The translations under genes and the position numbers were made by a program. Under the pieces are notes generated by a model. It saw only the letters and a list, made by a program, of their open reading frames with translations. It searched no databases and had not been told where the DNA came from. 64,000 nt of DNA, taken from positions 79,742-143,741 of the forward strand of contig CAJUOK010000003.1 of assembly GCA_910588015.1 (NCBI GenBank), written 5' to 3'. Below are positions 1 through 9,675 of the stretch, piece after piece (position 1 is the stretch's first letter; each line of letters starts with the position of its first letter). The DNA comes from an uncultured Christensenellaceae bacterium. Its GTDB lineage: Bacteria > Bacillota > Clostridia > Christensenellales > UBA3700.

Positions 1-138
1 TCTCGTATTTCTTTTTTAATTTTGCTTCAATCGAGTCAAATTCCTCGGTGGTAATTATCCCCTTTCTCATAAGATTAAGGACGATTCCCACCGCACAATT
101 GAACTCGATTGTTTTGACTGCTACCTGTTCACTGTCCA
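1..138 (-). CDS. Hypothetical protein. Only the first 46 codons are present; the gene continues left of the window.
   Basis: ATG at 136-138 (minus), open to the window edge: MDSEQVAVKTIEFNCAVGIVLNLMRKGIITTEEFDSIEAKLKKKYE. It is absent from the ORF track because it is truncated. Confidence 0.35.
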
Positions 139-160
139 TAAACGTCCTCCTTCCAACCTT

Positions 161-925
161 TCAGTGCGTTGTTTTATCGCTTATTTGCTTCCATCTGAAA
201 GCGGTATTCTTGGGCAGTAAACCACGCTCCTCCATCGAGAAGCGATTGTCGAAATCGTGAAGGGTATGCCCATCCCCCTTAAACGATACGGGACTATCCG
301 TGTCCCACTTTAAAAGTAATGCCCAATACTCTGGGTAGTTTTTCCTCAACAACCGAAGTTGCTCGATTGATTGATTATGGCAGAACCAACATCCGCCCCT
401 GGCAGCACTCGTATAGATGGGACTCAATAAGTCATTCTCTTCGCACCAGGTTCTGCACATCGCTTCTGTCCAGCCATACTCAACGAGCGGACTGCGCTTC
501 GTTTCCGATAAATTATGATATCTGCGCGGTTCGTCTGCCGCAATGCCGATATAGGTAACCGCATCCTTTTGAACCCTTTCCAGAACTCCAACTTTCAACC
601 TTGAATTGCACCAGTTGCCTTTCTGTAAAGGAAACCCGTATATCTTCCCACGATTACGGCTTCTCTTGCCGTTGCACACATAATAAAAATAATCTTCATA
701 GCTATGCGGTGCGCTTATGTGTTCAACTGATATGCCGTACTTGTCAAGGATTATGGCATCCGCCTTTTTCTTGAATTCCATCATCGGCGGAAGGTCTGCC
801 GGGATGTCTTTGGTTGCCATAATCTCGACGTGTACGATTCTGTCAAGCGGTAGGCTATTGCGGTGAATAACTTCAAGCATTGCCAAGCTGTCTTTGCCGT
901 AGCTTATGCTTGCTATGTATTCCAT
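161..925 (-). CDS. PP-loop ATPase of the PAPS-reductase family
   Basis: Internal ATG at 925 with GGAGAG upstream, just after the holin stop. PP-loop-like SYGKDS near the N-terminus and a C-terminal GGCWFC cysteine motif. Confidence 0.75.
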   Translation of the reverse strand: MEYIASISYGKDSLAMLEVIHRNSLPLDRIVHVEIMATKDIPADLPPMMEFKKKADAIILDKYGISVEHISAPHSYEDYFYYVCNGKRSRNRGKIYGFPLQKGNWCNSRLKVGVLERVQKDAVTYIGIAADEPRRYHNLSETKRSPLVEYGWTEAMCRTWCEENDLLSPIYTSAARGGCWFCHNQSIEQLRLLRKNYPEYWALLLKWDTDSPVSFKGDGHTLHDFDNRFSMEERGLLPKNTAFRWKQISDKTTH

Positions 926-942
926 ACTCGCTCTCCGTCCAC

Positions 943-1323
943 TTACTGATTTTTCAAAAGGTTGATGGTGCTTTCGATTTGGTTCGTCAGCCACCCATCA
1001 AGGTTGCCGTAGGTCGAGGAGATGTATTCTTTAACATCATCCCCGAGTTGTGAAAGTGCTATATCCTTCGCCTTTGACAGAGCCGTTTTCTGCGCTTCAG
1101 CATTGAAAGAGCCGCTTGCTTTCAAGCTCTCCACATACGTTTGAAATACGCTTCTAACTGCATTAAGTACGATAGTCGTTGCCGTAGTCAGCAAGGCTGC
1201 TGCCTTTTCATTCTTGACCTTTGTGCCGATGTACTGTATGAGCTTCGTTCCTGCCCAAGTAATAAGCGGTAGCAACACTGTGGTCACTACCACCGAAATC
1301 ACGTTTATTAAGATGTCGTTCAT
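943..1323 (-). CDS. Putative holin (LL-H-like: one N-terminal TM segment followed by a long hydrophilic tail)
   Basis: Hydrophobic N-terminus VISVVVTTVLLPLITWAG, position after the tail genes, GGAGG RBS. Confidence 0.55.
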   Translation of the reverse strand: MNDILINVISVVVTTVLLPLITWAGTKLIQYIGTKVKNEKAAALLTTATTIVLNAVRSVFQTYVESLKASGSFNAEAQKTALSKAKDIALSQLGDDVKEYISSTYGNLDGWLTNQIESTINLLKNQ

Positions 1324-1333
1324 TTTGTACCTC

Positions 1334-1633
1334 CTAGTTGTCCGAAATCTGCTCGATTAAAAATTCATCAAGCTCTTTGTTTACCGAAGTGTAATCAGCG
1401 AGAGCGTGTTTGAGTTCGCCGTTCGTCTTCCCATCACGGATTGCGATGGCGTTGGCTTCCGTAAGCTCTCCTATCGCCTTGATACTTTTTAAGATGAGAA
1501 TGTTCTCCTGCCTGTGCGCTTCGTTCCGCTTGTTTTCTTTATCCTCGTGGCGTTTTATGTACCTTTGCACCAAGAACACCACTACGCCGCTTATAACGCT
1601 TGCACATACGCTTATAACGATTGATACAACCAT
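1334..1633 (-). CDS. Small membrane protein (N-terminal TM, coiled C-terminus); possible lysis accessory
   Basis: VVSIVISVCASVISGVVVFLV TM segment; GGAGG RBS. Confidence 0.45.
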   Translation of the reverse strand: MVVSIVISVCASVISGVVVFLVQRYIKRHEDKENKRNEAHRQENILILKSIKAIGELTEANAIAIRDGKTNGELKHALADYTSVNKELDEFLIEQISDN

Positions 1634-1635
1634 AA

Positions 1636-2034
1636 TCAGTCCTCCTCAAATTCTATGATTTCCGAAAGCAACAGCATATCGGTTGCCGTAGGAAAATCCG
1701 CCGCCGTTCTGAAATCGCTTTCACGGATAGTTACGACAGGAATTTCGTCCACTTCCGTTTCGTTTAGCTTGGCAATCTCCGCATCGAAGGCGGCTTTTGA
1801 TTTTGCGTCCTTGAGCTTTAATCTCCCGCCATCTACGAACACAAGCTGTCCGTTCTCGGTTTTTTCGGCATAAGCGTCAACCGCTTTCTGCTCCTGGGTG
1901 GAATAGAACTCATATTCCTCGTCCACCCGTTTTTTCAGTTTGACAAGCTCACGCAGTATTTTGTAACTGGTGAAGTGCGTGTCCGTGAGTTTCGCAAGAG
2001 CATCTCGCGCTTGCATTACGTTGATAAGTTTCAT
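1636..2034 (-). CDS. Hypothetical phage protein
   Basis: Start moved to MKLINV (GGAGGATAAAAAA-ATG). The longer track ORF overlaps the upstream gene. Confidence 0.55.
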   Translation of the reverse strand: MKLINVMQARDALAKLTDTHFTSYKILRELVKLKKRVDEEYEFYSTQEQKAVDAYAEKTENGQLVFVDGGRLKLKDAKSKAAFDAEIAKLNETEVDEIPVVTIRESDFRTAADFPTATDMLLLSEIIEFEED

Positions 2035-2050
2035 TTTTTTATCCTCCATT

Positions 2051-2425
2051 TTAATTAAGCCAGATTGGTGTATTCGGCACGACTTTGGTTTCAGTAACAT
2101 TGAGCCAGGCTTCGTACCATTCGTCCAGCTCTGCCTTTTGCGCTTCAGTCAAGCGGTCATACCACAATGCGCCACGGTTGATAACCGAGAAGCACTCATC
2201 TTCTCGCCTATGCCGTAGCGCATTCAGTTCCGACCTTGCTTTGAATTCGTCTGCTTTTGCTTTGTACTCATCGGTCTTGGTGTAGTCCACAAAGAACAAT
2301 GCCCCGTTATATCCGTTGACAATTTGATACTTTGTGCTTTCCATCGACTTGCACTTGTCGTTAAACTTCTCGAAACCATCCTCGATGATTTCTTGGTTCT
2401 CGTTTTGTAAATAGTAAATTTTCAT
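2051..2425 (-). CDS. Hypothetical protein downstream of the tail tip gene (possible fibre-associated or XkdW-like protein)
   Basis: Position immediately after Tal; GGGAG RBS; no diagnostic motif. Confidence 0.4.
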   Translation of the reverse strand: MKIYYLQNENQEIIEDGFEKFNDKCKSMESTKYQIVNGYNGALFFVDYTKTDEYKAKADEFKARSELNALRHRREDECFSVINRGALWYDRLTEAQKAELDEWYEAWLNVTETKVVPNTPIWLN

Positions 2426-2427
2426 AA

Positions 2428-5400
2428 TTAACTCCCGTAAATAAGGCAGAAAAACCCATTAGATAGTGTGCTGGTGTCGCAGATGACATAAACCGTTGTT
2501 CCTGAAATATATACACCATAACGAGACACTCCATTTATGAGATTTTTGTCACCGCTCAAACTACCACTCGAGCCAGGCGTACTTTTCTCTCGCGGAATAA
2601 CTATTGCACCCGAGACGCTCGTCAAACCATGAGTTGAACTTGTTATCGAAACACGAGAGTCATTAGCAACACTACTGTAATAAGTCCAGAAGTAGAACTT
2701 ATGCCCAACAAGGTCATAGGTTTTTCCATTGTAAGCATTTCTTAAGCGCCATGTCCCTCCATAGTAACTGTCATACACAAGCTCGGCAAGCGTGTGGCTG
2801 GCAAAGCGCAAATATGCGCCCCACTCATACTGCGCTGCATACGGAGATTTCATATAGCTTCGGCTGATGCCCAAGATGAACGGAGCTACACTTCCTACCG
2901 TTGAGCCTTGGTCTACATAATACGACTGAATGGAATATGTCGTTATGCAGCCTTCTGCTATCGTAGTATTGCCGTTACTTGAATAACTCGTCCTCTTTTG
3001 ATAGCTCGGTTGGATTTTTATTCCGCAATAAACGCTCGAAGTGTAAGATGAGATGGTTATTGCGCTATGCGATAAAGACCATCCTCTTGAACCAAGCGAT
3101 TCCTGATACCTACTGTAGCAGTTGTTCGCACCAAGGTATGTTGTATAGTTCCCGCTCGTAATTTGGATTGATGAACCACCGCTTGCGTTGGTAAGACTGC
3201 TTGAGTTAATCGTGAACCCACCTATCGTTCCGCTCGTAGCAGTTATCGTTCCCGAAATCTCTGCGTTCGTTGCATAGAGTTTGCCCGCCGCAGTTACATA
3301 GAAAGTTCCTGCACCCAAGCCAATACCATCCGTGCCAAGATAGACTCCTGTATTTGCATCGCTGTATGTTGTTTTGGTTTTGTAGATTTTATTGGTCGAA
3401 ATAGTGAATCCACCTATCGTACCACTCGGCGCAGACAGCTTTCCGCTGAAAACCGCCGTTGATGCTTTATCGATTCGCAGCCCCGGCAGATTTATGTAGT
3501 AATTGCTGTCGTTATAGTTGGCGGAAATATAGTAGCTACTGTTGCCACCAAAATACAGATATCCGTCAATCGTGAGGTTTCCTATCGAACCGCTTGTAGC
3601 ATCTATCGCACCCACCACCGACAGACCAGAGCTTGTTATCGACATCACAGTGCTTGCGTTCGAATACACATAAAAGCCTGTTGACTTCAACACCCAACCG
3701 AAAGACGAGGAACTGCTCCCGTAGGTTTCATCAACCTTCTTCGCCACTTCCGCCGAAATCTGCGTAGTCGTTTGCTTTAGCGTTGAAAGTTCCGATGTTA
3801 CAGACACGAGCTTTCCCTCAGCAGTAGTAACTCTTGTCGTAACCGCCGAAACACTGCTCGTCAGTCCATCAACGTTACTCTCGAGCGTTGCTTGCTTCGT
3901 TGTTAGCGTTTTAACGCTAGCCGTAAGATTACCCACGTTGCCAGCTAAAACGCCTACATCCGATGCCAAACCATCCACTGCAGTCTGCGCATTATCTGCC
4001 GTGGTTTGAGCTTTATCGGCAGAGGTTTGAGCTTGATTTGCGGAGGTCTGTGCTTTGTTAGCAGAAGTTTGAGCTTGGTTTGCAGTAGATTGCGCTTGAT
4101 TCGCTGCCGTTTCTACCTTTTCCACTGTTTCGGTTGTGGCGTAGGCTTTCAACACCACTTCGCCAGTATCCAAGTTCCAGAACGATGAATTATCTACAGA
4201 TGATATCGTCCCAGCCTTGATAATGTTCGCAACCAAAGTCCCCGAGGAAATAAAGTCCGCTACTATCCTCCCGTCTGCCGTGATAGCAGTTTCGTAGGGG
4301 CCATTGTAACCCTTGCTTGAAAAGCCGAGTCCGTTGACGTTCCAACGCCAAACATTCACCGCATCCTCTATCTTCGGTGCATCCAAGATAAGCAATTCAT
4401 AAGGCTGCCCCGTTTCAGTGTACGTATGCAAAACTACATATCCGCCCGTCTGTCCTGTCAAAAGGTCAGTTGCTTTGCGGATAGCAGAATTAATCAGCAT
4501 CGGCACTCTGTTAGCAGAAGCGTTTGCTTTGTCAATGACTTTTTCAAGTTCCTCGGTACTCTGCTTTATCGTGTTCATAAGGTTTGCCTTTGCCGAACCC
4601 AACGAAACAGAAGTGTACTTCTCCGCTAACGTGTTATATACTGTTTTGATGACCTTTGCTTTAGCGGTAACGCCCAATACCGAGTGCTTAATGGTTACAG
4701 TGTCGCATAGCGATAGCCGTTCCATAACCGCAGCATACTCGGGCTGTTGCCACAAAGGTTCAAATGAAATTGTTATGTTTGGAACGGGTGCATCGAGCGA
4801 ATGGCTTTCAATGTACGAAAGCGTTTTATTTCGAAGCATCTCTTCCGTGATTAAAGTCCCATCTTCGAACGAGTCCGTCAAATCAAGGATTAAAGTTTTC
4901 TTGTGTAGTAGCTGACTGTTCTCAATGGGGACAGTTGTCTCGGGAAGCGTTATCAGCGTTTCCTCATCTTCTTCGTTTTTCATAAAAGCGAACGGCAGCA
5001 CTTCGGTATAAACCTCACTGTCCTCGCTCTCATGGCTAAACTTCGTCAGGTTCTTACCGTACTCGATAACGACATCGGTGTGTTCCCCGCGACCTTGATG
5101 ATGCTTGATTTCAAAGTTGTCCCACTCGTATTCCCCGCCCCACAACGAAAGCACTGAACCTTCTTCGCCACCCAAACAAGCTCTTATGCTCTTGGGTTTC
5201 TTAACGGAAAAGTCCTTTGCTGCAGAATAGTCAGTTTGGAATGTAAAGTTGTGTGGTGTTGTTGCATTAGCGAGGACATATTCCATCGCCATTTGCGGTG
5301 TGATCGCTTTCCGCTCAAATGGCATAATTCCCACACCCGAAAGGTCGTAGGAAATATGCTGTGCGTACACAGTTATCGTTCCGTTTATCGGGAGCGATAT

Positions 5401-5628
5401 TTTATAGATACGAAACGCCTGTGCCGCCTTGGTATCGTTCGGCTTCGCTTTGATTATCCTGTCTTTGCGTATTTCGTTGTACAGCCGACCACTTGACGGA
5501 TATTGCAGTTTGCACTCGAATGTACCATTGCGTTCTTCCGTAACCTCACAAGTGAGCGTTTCCGTCAATGCCCCAATTCCAAACGTGCTGAAATCGGTGA
5601 CATCTGCTTTAAATAAAATCGGTATCAT
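2428..5628 (-). CDS. Tail-associated (Tal) / phage minor structural protein with a prophage-tail-endopeptidase-type N-terminus and a fibre-like C-terminus
   Basis: N-terminus MIPILFKADVTDFSTFGIGAL..C.V.EERNG.FE is typical of the siphophage Tal family. ATGA overlap with Dit. Central coiled heptad repeats and a Gly/Ser/Thr-rich C-terminus. Confidence 0.85.
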   Translation of the reverse strand: MIPILFKADVTDFSTFGIGALTETLTCEVTEERNGTFECKLQYPSSGRLYNEIRKDRIIKAKPNDTKAAQAFRIYKISLPINGTITVYAQHISYDLSGVGIMPFERKAITPQMAMEYVLANATTPHNFTFQTDYSAAKDFSVKKPKSIRACLGGEEGSVLSLWGGEYEWDNFEIKHHQGRGEHTDVVIEYGKNLTKFSHESEDSEVYTEVLPFAFMKNEEDEETLITLPETTVPIENSQLLHKKTLILDLTDSFEDGTLITEEMLRNKTLSYIESHSLDAPVPNITISFEPLWQQPEYAAVMERLSLCDTVTIKHSVLGVTAKAKVIKTVYNTLAEKYTSVSLGSAKANLMNTIKQSTEELEKVIDKANASANRVPMLINSAIRKATDLLTGQTGGYVVLHTYTETGQPYELLILDAPKIEDAVNVWRWNVNGLGFSSKGYNGPYETAITADGRIVADFISSGTLVANIIKAGTISSVDNSSFWNLDTGEVVLKAYATTETVEKVETAANQAQSTANQAQTSANKAQTSANQAQTSADKAQTTADNAQTAVDGLASDVGVLAGNVGNLTASVKTLTTKQATLESNVDGLTSSVSAVTTRVTTAEGKLVSVTSELSTLKQTTTQISAEVAKKVDETYGSSSSSFGWVLKSTGFYVYSNASTVMSITSSGLSVVGAIDATSGSIGNLTIDGYLYFGGNSSYYISANYNDSNYYINLPGLRIDKASTAVFSGKLSAPSGTIGGFTISTNKIYKTKTTYSDANTGVYLGTDGIGLGAGTFYVTAAGKLYATNAEISGTITATSGTIGGFTINSSSLTNASGGSSIQITSGNYTTYLGANNCYSRYQESLGSRGWSLSHSAITISSYTSSVYCGIKIQPSYQKRTSYSSNGNTTIAEGCITTYSIQSYYVDQGSTVGSVAPFILGISRSYMKSPYAAQYEWGAYLRFASHTLAELVYDSYYGGTWRLRNAYNGKTYDLVGHKFYFWTYYSSVANDSRVSITSSTHGLTSVSGAIVIPREKSTPGSSGSLSGDKNLINGVSRYGVYISGTTVYVICDTSTLSNGFFCLIYGS
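3985..4106 (-). repeat. In-frame tandem 21-nt (7-aa, ANQAQTS-like) repeats inside Tal
   Basis: The protein reads ANQAQSTANQAQTSANKAQTSANQAQTSADKAQTTADNAQT. Confidence 0.9.
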
Positions 5629-6353
5629 AAGCACACCCACCTTGGTATGATTTCAATACTCGTTATTGCACCTTCAAACGCTATCGTATTTCTGCCGGGG
5701 TAAAGGATAGGAAACCCTTCTCCGCTTACAGTGTCATTCTTCGTTTGCGTATCGTGATAGAAATTCATCTGCTCACTGTCAGCTTCCGTAAAACCATTGA
5801 GCGTTTTGAAAGTCCATATTTTATTCGAGGTATCCGACTGAATGATAAGTGTTCCTTCGCCCCTTCCATTTACCTTTATGTACGGCTTTGCATTGAATGG
5901 ATACGGGTTGATAAGCGTGAGAGTTTCTGTACTTTCTATCTTGCGTTGCCCTTCGTTCGAATACCTAAACGGATAACAGGAAAAGTAAATCGTGAAAGTT
6001 CCTATTCTTCTACACTGCTCGGCAATATCCAGTTTGTTGCTGATTACTGCCTTGCGGAAAAAGAGCTTGTCGTAGCTATCCGTTAAAACATGGTATCTGT
6101 CAGGTTCGGTATAGAGCCACGCCTTTATAGCAGTCAATTTTTCGCCAAGCGCGTCAATACTCTTTGCCGGCACAAAGCAAGTGTAAGATACAGTTGCGTT
6201 CGAAAACCGTCCGCTCGGCACTAGCAGTTCTCCATCCCTACCAGGTATGGAAACACTGCTGATGTCGTACTTCGGCGCTGAATATATGCTCTTGGACTGT
6301 ATGCGGATGCCCATATCCGCTGACGATATTCCGTTGTAAGTGAATTGAATCAT
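5625..6353 (-). CDS. Distal tail protein (Dit, siphovirus tail component)
   Basis: Position between TMP and Tal. The N-terminus F.YNG..S.D.GI....S....P is typical of Dit. Overlapping stop/start on both sides. Confidence 0.8.
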   Translation of the reverse strand: MIQFTYNGISSADMGIRIQSKSIYSAPKYDISSVSIPGRDGELLVPSGRFSNATVSYTCFVPAKSIDALGEKLTAIKAWLYTEPDRYHVLTDSYDKLFFRKAVISNKLDIAEQCRRIGTFTIYFSCYPFRYSNEGQRKIESTETLTLINPYPFNAKPYIKVNGRGEGTLIIQSDTSNKIWTFKTLNGFTEADSEQMNFYHDTQTKNDTVSGEGFPILYPGRNTIAFEGAITSIEIIPRWVCL

Positions 6354-9091
6354 TATGCGAATACTGCTCCTTTTCTTTTCATAAAATTGCCCGCCGTTTC
6401 CATTATTTCGTTAGTTAGGTCGGCTATATCCTCGCTCGAATAGTTATTGAATTGGTCGATGTAGAGTTGAATGGTTATTCCGCTGTTCCCTGCAATCGCA
6501 CCGCTTTGCACCCCGCTTGTTACGCTTGAAACATTGAAGTCCGTAGGAACTCCTGACATATACGCATTTAGGTCATTGAACACCGAATTCAAATCTTCGG
6601 TCATCGCATTTGCGCTGTCGATTACATCCCCGGCGGTCTCGTCAATTCCAACCGCAAGTCCCTCCATAAGCATATCGCCTATGAACGCCATCTTTTTAGA
6701 AGGCGAGTGAATTCCGAAGAAGTTCTTGATTCCATTCCACAGGTTTTTCGCCCAACCGCTGACCTTATCCCAAATCCATCCCGCAAGGCTCTGAATTCCT
6801 TCCCATAATCCACGCACAAGGTTTGCACCGATTTCTACGAATGAACTGATGCCTTGCGCAAATCCGTTGACGAGAGCTTTGATGATTTGAGGAACTGCCT
6901 TCACAAGCTCCACGATTATTTGAGGAAGATTGGCAATCAGCGACAAGAACAGTTGAATGCCCGCCTGGATAAGTTGCGGAATCGAGCCGAGGATGGCTTC
7001 GATAATTCCGTTTATAATTTGCGGAATTGCTTCTACTATCGCCGTTATTATTTCGGGCAAAGCCGCCACAAGCGAAATTAAAAGCTGAATACCCGCTTGT
7101 ATAATCAAAGGAATTGCACCGATAACCGCATCGATTATCCCCGATATAATCTGGGGTATAGCACCCACAATTGCAAGGATGATGTCTGGCAACGCTCCTA
7201 TGAGCGCAGTCAGCAATTGTATCCCCGCATCAATAATGAGCGGTATTGCGGTCAGCACGGCTTCGATTATCCCCGAAATAATCTCGGGAATTACCGCAAC
7301 AATGGCTTCTATGATTTCAGGCAGTGCCGCCACGAGCGAAGTCAAAAGCTGTATGCCCGCATCAATTATCTCCGGGATTGCCCCAAGAATAAAATTGACT
7401 ATTGCTAGAATAATTTCGGGCAGTGCTTTGATGATTATAGGGATTGCATCAAGGATACCTTGCGCCACTCCCTTTATAAGCTGAAGCACCGCCTTTAAAA
7501 TCGTAGGCAGATTGTTGATGAGCGTCTTGGCAACTTGCATTATCACTTGCACAACGGCTGGTATCAGCTTCGGCATTGCCTTTGCAAGACCCTCGACAAG
7601 CGTTTCTATAACTTTCAGCGCCGCATCGATAAACAGCGGAAGTTGGTCGATTATTCCGTCCACCAACGCAAGAACCAACTGCAACGCCCCGTCCGCAATC
7701 TGCGGTAAGGCGGAAATCAGTCCGTTGAGAATGGTAAAGATTATCTGCGAAACTGCGCTCATTATCATCGGCAAATTATCAACGATAGCCTTGCCAAATG
7801 AGCCAACAACGGACACTATCAAGTCCAAAATCTGCGGAACATACTGCATCACAGTGTTCAGTGCTTTCGGTAAAATATCACTTATGACATCAGCCATTTT
7901 ACTGATGTCCCCACCACATTCATTTATCCCTTTCGCAAAGTCCCCTAGAAGGTCAACCCCTGCGCCAGAGAGCTGTGTTAATATGGGAAGCAATACTGTA
8001 CCGAGAGCGTTCTTCGCTGCTGTTGCGCCCGTGGTTAGTTTTTGAAGTTGGTCATCGTATGCGCCATAAGCCGAAAGCGTATCGTCCGAAAGGACATAAC
8101 CCGCCTTTCGGGCTTCTTCGCCAAGCTCTGCCATTTTACCCGCACCCGCCGTTATTAACGGATTGAGTTCCTGTGCCGACTTGCCGAGTATCTGCATTGC
8201 AATAGCATCGCGCTCGGTTTCGTTTTCTATCTTGCCCAGTGCTTCGATTACTTCCCAATAAACGGTATCGCTATCTCGAAGATTACCTTCCGCATCCAAT
8301 GCCGAAACTCCCAGTTTCTCGTAGGCTTCAACAGAGAGCTTCGTTCCATCCTGTACGGCTTTCATGCTCTTTATCTGCTTCGCCATTGACTTGGTCAGCG
8401 TTTCGGTTGAGACATCGATAAGCTCCGCCGCATACATATACTCTTGCAATTTATCCGTAGCAATGCCTGTTACAGTTGATTCGGTAAGTACAGTATCAGC
8501 ATAGGCAGCACCTTCCCTTGTCATATCGACCAGTGCTTTGCCCGCCGCTATTGCGGCAGCGGAAACGGCAGCAAAGGCGGCTGTAATTGCACCAGCCACA
8601 CCTTTACATACGCTGCCGAGAGCTTCCATCTTGGGCGAAGATTCGTCCGCTTGATTACCAGCGTCCTCAATTTCATCGCCCATTTTATCAGCAGATTTTT
8701 TCGCATCGTCCATTCCCGAACTTGTGTTATCAAGAGCCGACTTGTTTTGCTTCAGCTCTTTTTCCATTCCGTTCAGTTCTGCTTGCGCATTATTAAGTTG
8801 TACTTGCCAAGCCTGGGTTCGCTTGTCCGTTTCGCCAAATGACGATGCAGCATTTTGGAGTGCCGAACGCAAAACTTCAATCTTCTGCTTCTGGGCTTCG
8901 ATTGACTTTTCCAGCACTTCGTTCCGTGCCGTTAGCGCCTGGGCGGATTGGTCGTTCTTGTCGAACTGACTATCCACTAGCTTCATTTCCGAACCTAGCA
9001 CCTTGAAGGCTTGGTTTATCTCGGAAAGTTGAGACTTGAACTCTTTCTCGCCTTCAAGCCCTATCTTTAAGCCGAAATTCTCCAATGCCAT
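6353..9091 (-). CDS. Tape measure protein
   Basis: 912 aa. Coiled-coil N-terminus, hydrophobic repeat core, located after the chaperone pair, AAAGGAGG RBS. Confidence 0.9.
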   Translation of the reverse strand: MALENFGLKIGLEGEKEFKSQLSEINQAFKVLGSEMKLVDSQFDKNDQSAQALTARNEVLEKSIEAQKQKIEVLRSALQNAASSFGETDKRTQAWQVQLNNAQAELNGMEKELKQNKSALDNTSSGMDDAKKSADKMGDEIEDAGNQADESSPKMEALGSVCKGVAGAITAAFAAVSAAAIAAGKALVDMTREGAAYADTVLTESTVTGIATDKLQEYMYAAELIDVSTETLTKSMAKQIKSMKAVQDGTKLSVEAYEKLGVSALDAEGNLRDSDTVYWEVIEALGKIENETERDAIAMQILGKSAQELNPLITAGAGKMAELGEEARKAGYVLSDDTLSAYGAYDDQLQKLTTGATAAKNALGTVLLPILTQLSGAGVDLLGDFAKGINECGGDISKMADVISDILPKALNTVMQYVPQILDLIVSVVGSFGKAIVDNLPMIMSAVSQIIFTILNGLISALPQIADGALQLVLALVDGIIDQLPLFIDAALKVIETLVEGLAKAMPKLIPAVVQVIMQVAKTLINNLPTILKAVLQLIKGVAQGILDAIPIIIKALPEIILAIVNFILGAIPEIIDAGIQLLTSLVAALPEIIEAIVAVIPEIISGIIEAVLTAIPLIIDAGIQLLTALIGALPDIILAIVGAIPQIISGIIDAVIGAIPLIIQAGIQLLISLVAALPEIITAIVEAIPQIINGIIEAILGSIPQLIQAGIQLFLSLIANLPQIIVELVKAVPQIIKALVNGFAQGISSFVEIGANLVRGLWEGIQSLAGWIWDKVSGWAKNLWNGIKNFFGIHSPSKKMAFIGDMLMEGLAVGIDETAGDVIDSANAMTEDLNSVFNDLNAYMSGVPTDFNVSSVTSGVQSGAIAGNSGITIQLYIDQFNNYSSEDIADLTNEIMETAGNFMKRKGAVFA
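6854..7381 (-). repeat. Four in-frame tandem 132-nt (44-aa) repeats in the tape measure gene
   Basis: Units start at residues 571, 615, 659 and 703 (AIPxIIDAGIQLLxxLxxALPxII.AIV..IPQII.GII.A). Confidence 0.85.
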
Positions 9092-9109
9092 TTTGCGTTC
9101 ACCTCCTTT

Positions 9110-9675
9110 TTAGATTCCATCGGGTATGATGTCATCTATGAACACCTCTACCTTCGGTTTTGAAATTCCGTAGTATTGCTTGTGGCATTCCCATAAATCC
9201 AATAGTAAGCCGAAAGGCATCAGCCAAACTTCGTCTTGCGTTAGGTGTAAATGCGCCAAGCCATAATAAAGTAGACGAGTAAACAACTCAACGTCATTTA
9301 CCCGTCCACCCCGTTTTTTGATTCTTCGCTCTCCACGTTACGTCTTGTACCTTTGAAAAGACACTGCGTTATCGCATCCTTGAAAGTTGCAAGGTCGGTG
9401 GGAGTCGTTAACAACTCCACTTCTTCCTCGGTAAGAAGCTGTTTTTCGTTGCCCTTGTTGCGAAGATTGAAAATAAGAATCGCTTGATTCGCAAGGGTTA
9501 CGATAAGCCACACGACTTCGTCAAGTGCTTGTTCAAAGTTCTCACTCTTCATCAGCTTCTCGCCCAGGTTTTCCAAACCGCCGTAACGACCAGCGATTGC
9601 CTTTGTTGCCTTTGTCGTAAGGATGAGTTCATAATCCTTGCCGCCGATATTAATGCTTACAGCTCTCTCGTCCAT
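9110..9675 (-). CDS. Tail assembly chaperone fusion product made by a -1 programmed frameshift (G-T type)
   Basis: The -1 frame is open from the slippery site to TAA at 9110-9112. The extension reads KKRGGRVNDVELFTRLLYYGLAHLHLTQDEVWLMPFGLLLDLWECHKQYYGISKPKVEVFIDDIIPDGI. Confidence 0.7.
9298..9675 (-). CDS. Tail assembly chaperone (G-like, zero-frame product)
   Basis: 125 aa, between the major tail gene and TMP. ATGA overlap with the major tail gene. Confidence 0.75.
   Translation of the reverse strand: MDERAVSINIGGKDYELILTTKATKAIAGRYGGLENLGEKLMKSENFEQALDEVVWLIVTLANQAILIFNLRNKGNEKQLLTEEEVELLTTPTDLATFKDAITQCLFKGTRRNVESEESKNGVDG
9313..9319 (-). promoter_or_regulatory. Slippery heptamer A_AAA_AAC for -1 ribosomal frameshifting
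   Basis: The minus strand reads TC-A-AAA-AAC in the chaperone frame, 4 codons before its stop. Confidence 0.75.

Noticed and set aside
6854-7484. A repetitive DNA block with plus-strand ORFs (7097-7408 and 7179-7484), considered as a mobile repeat or separate genes.
   Set aside because: The repeats are in-frame 44-aa units of the tape measure protein. The plus-strand ORFs are shadows.
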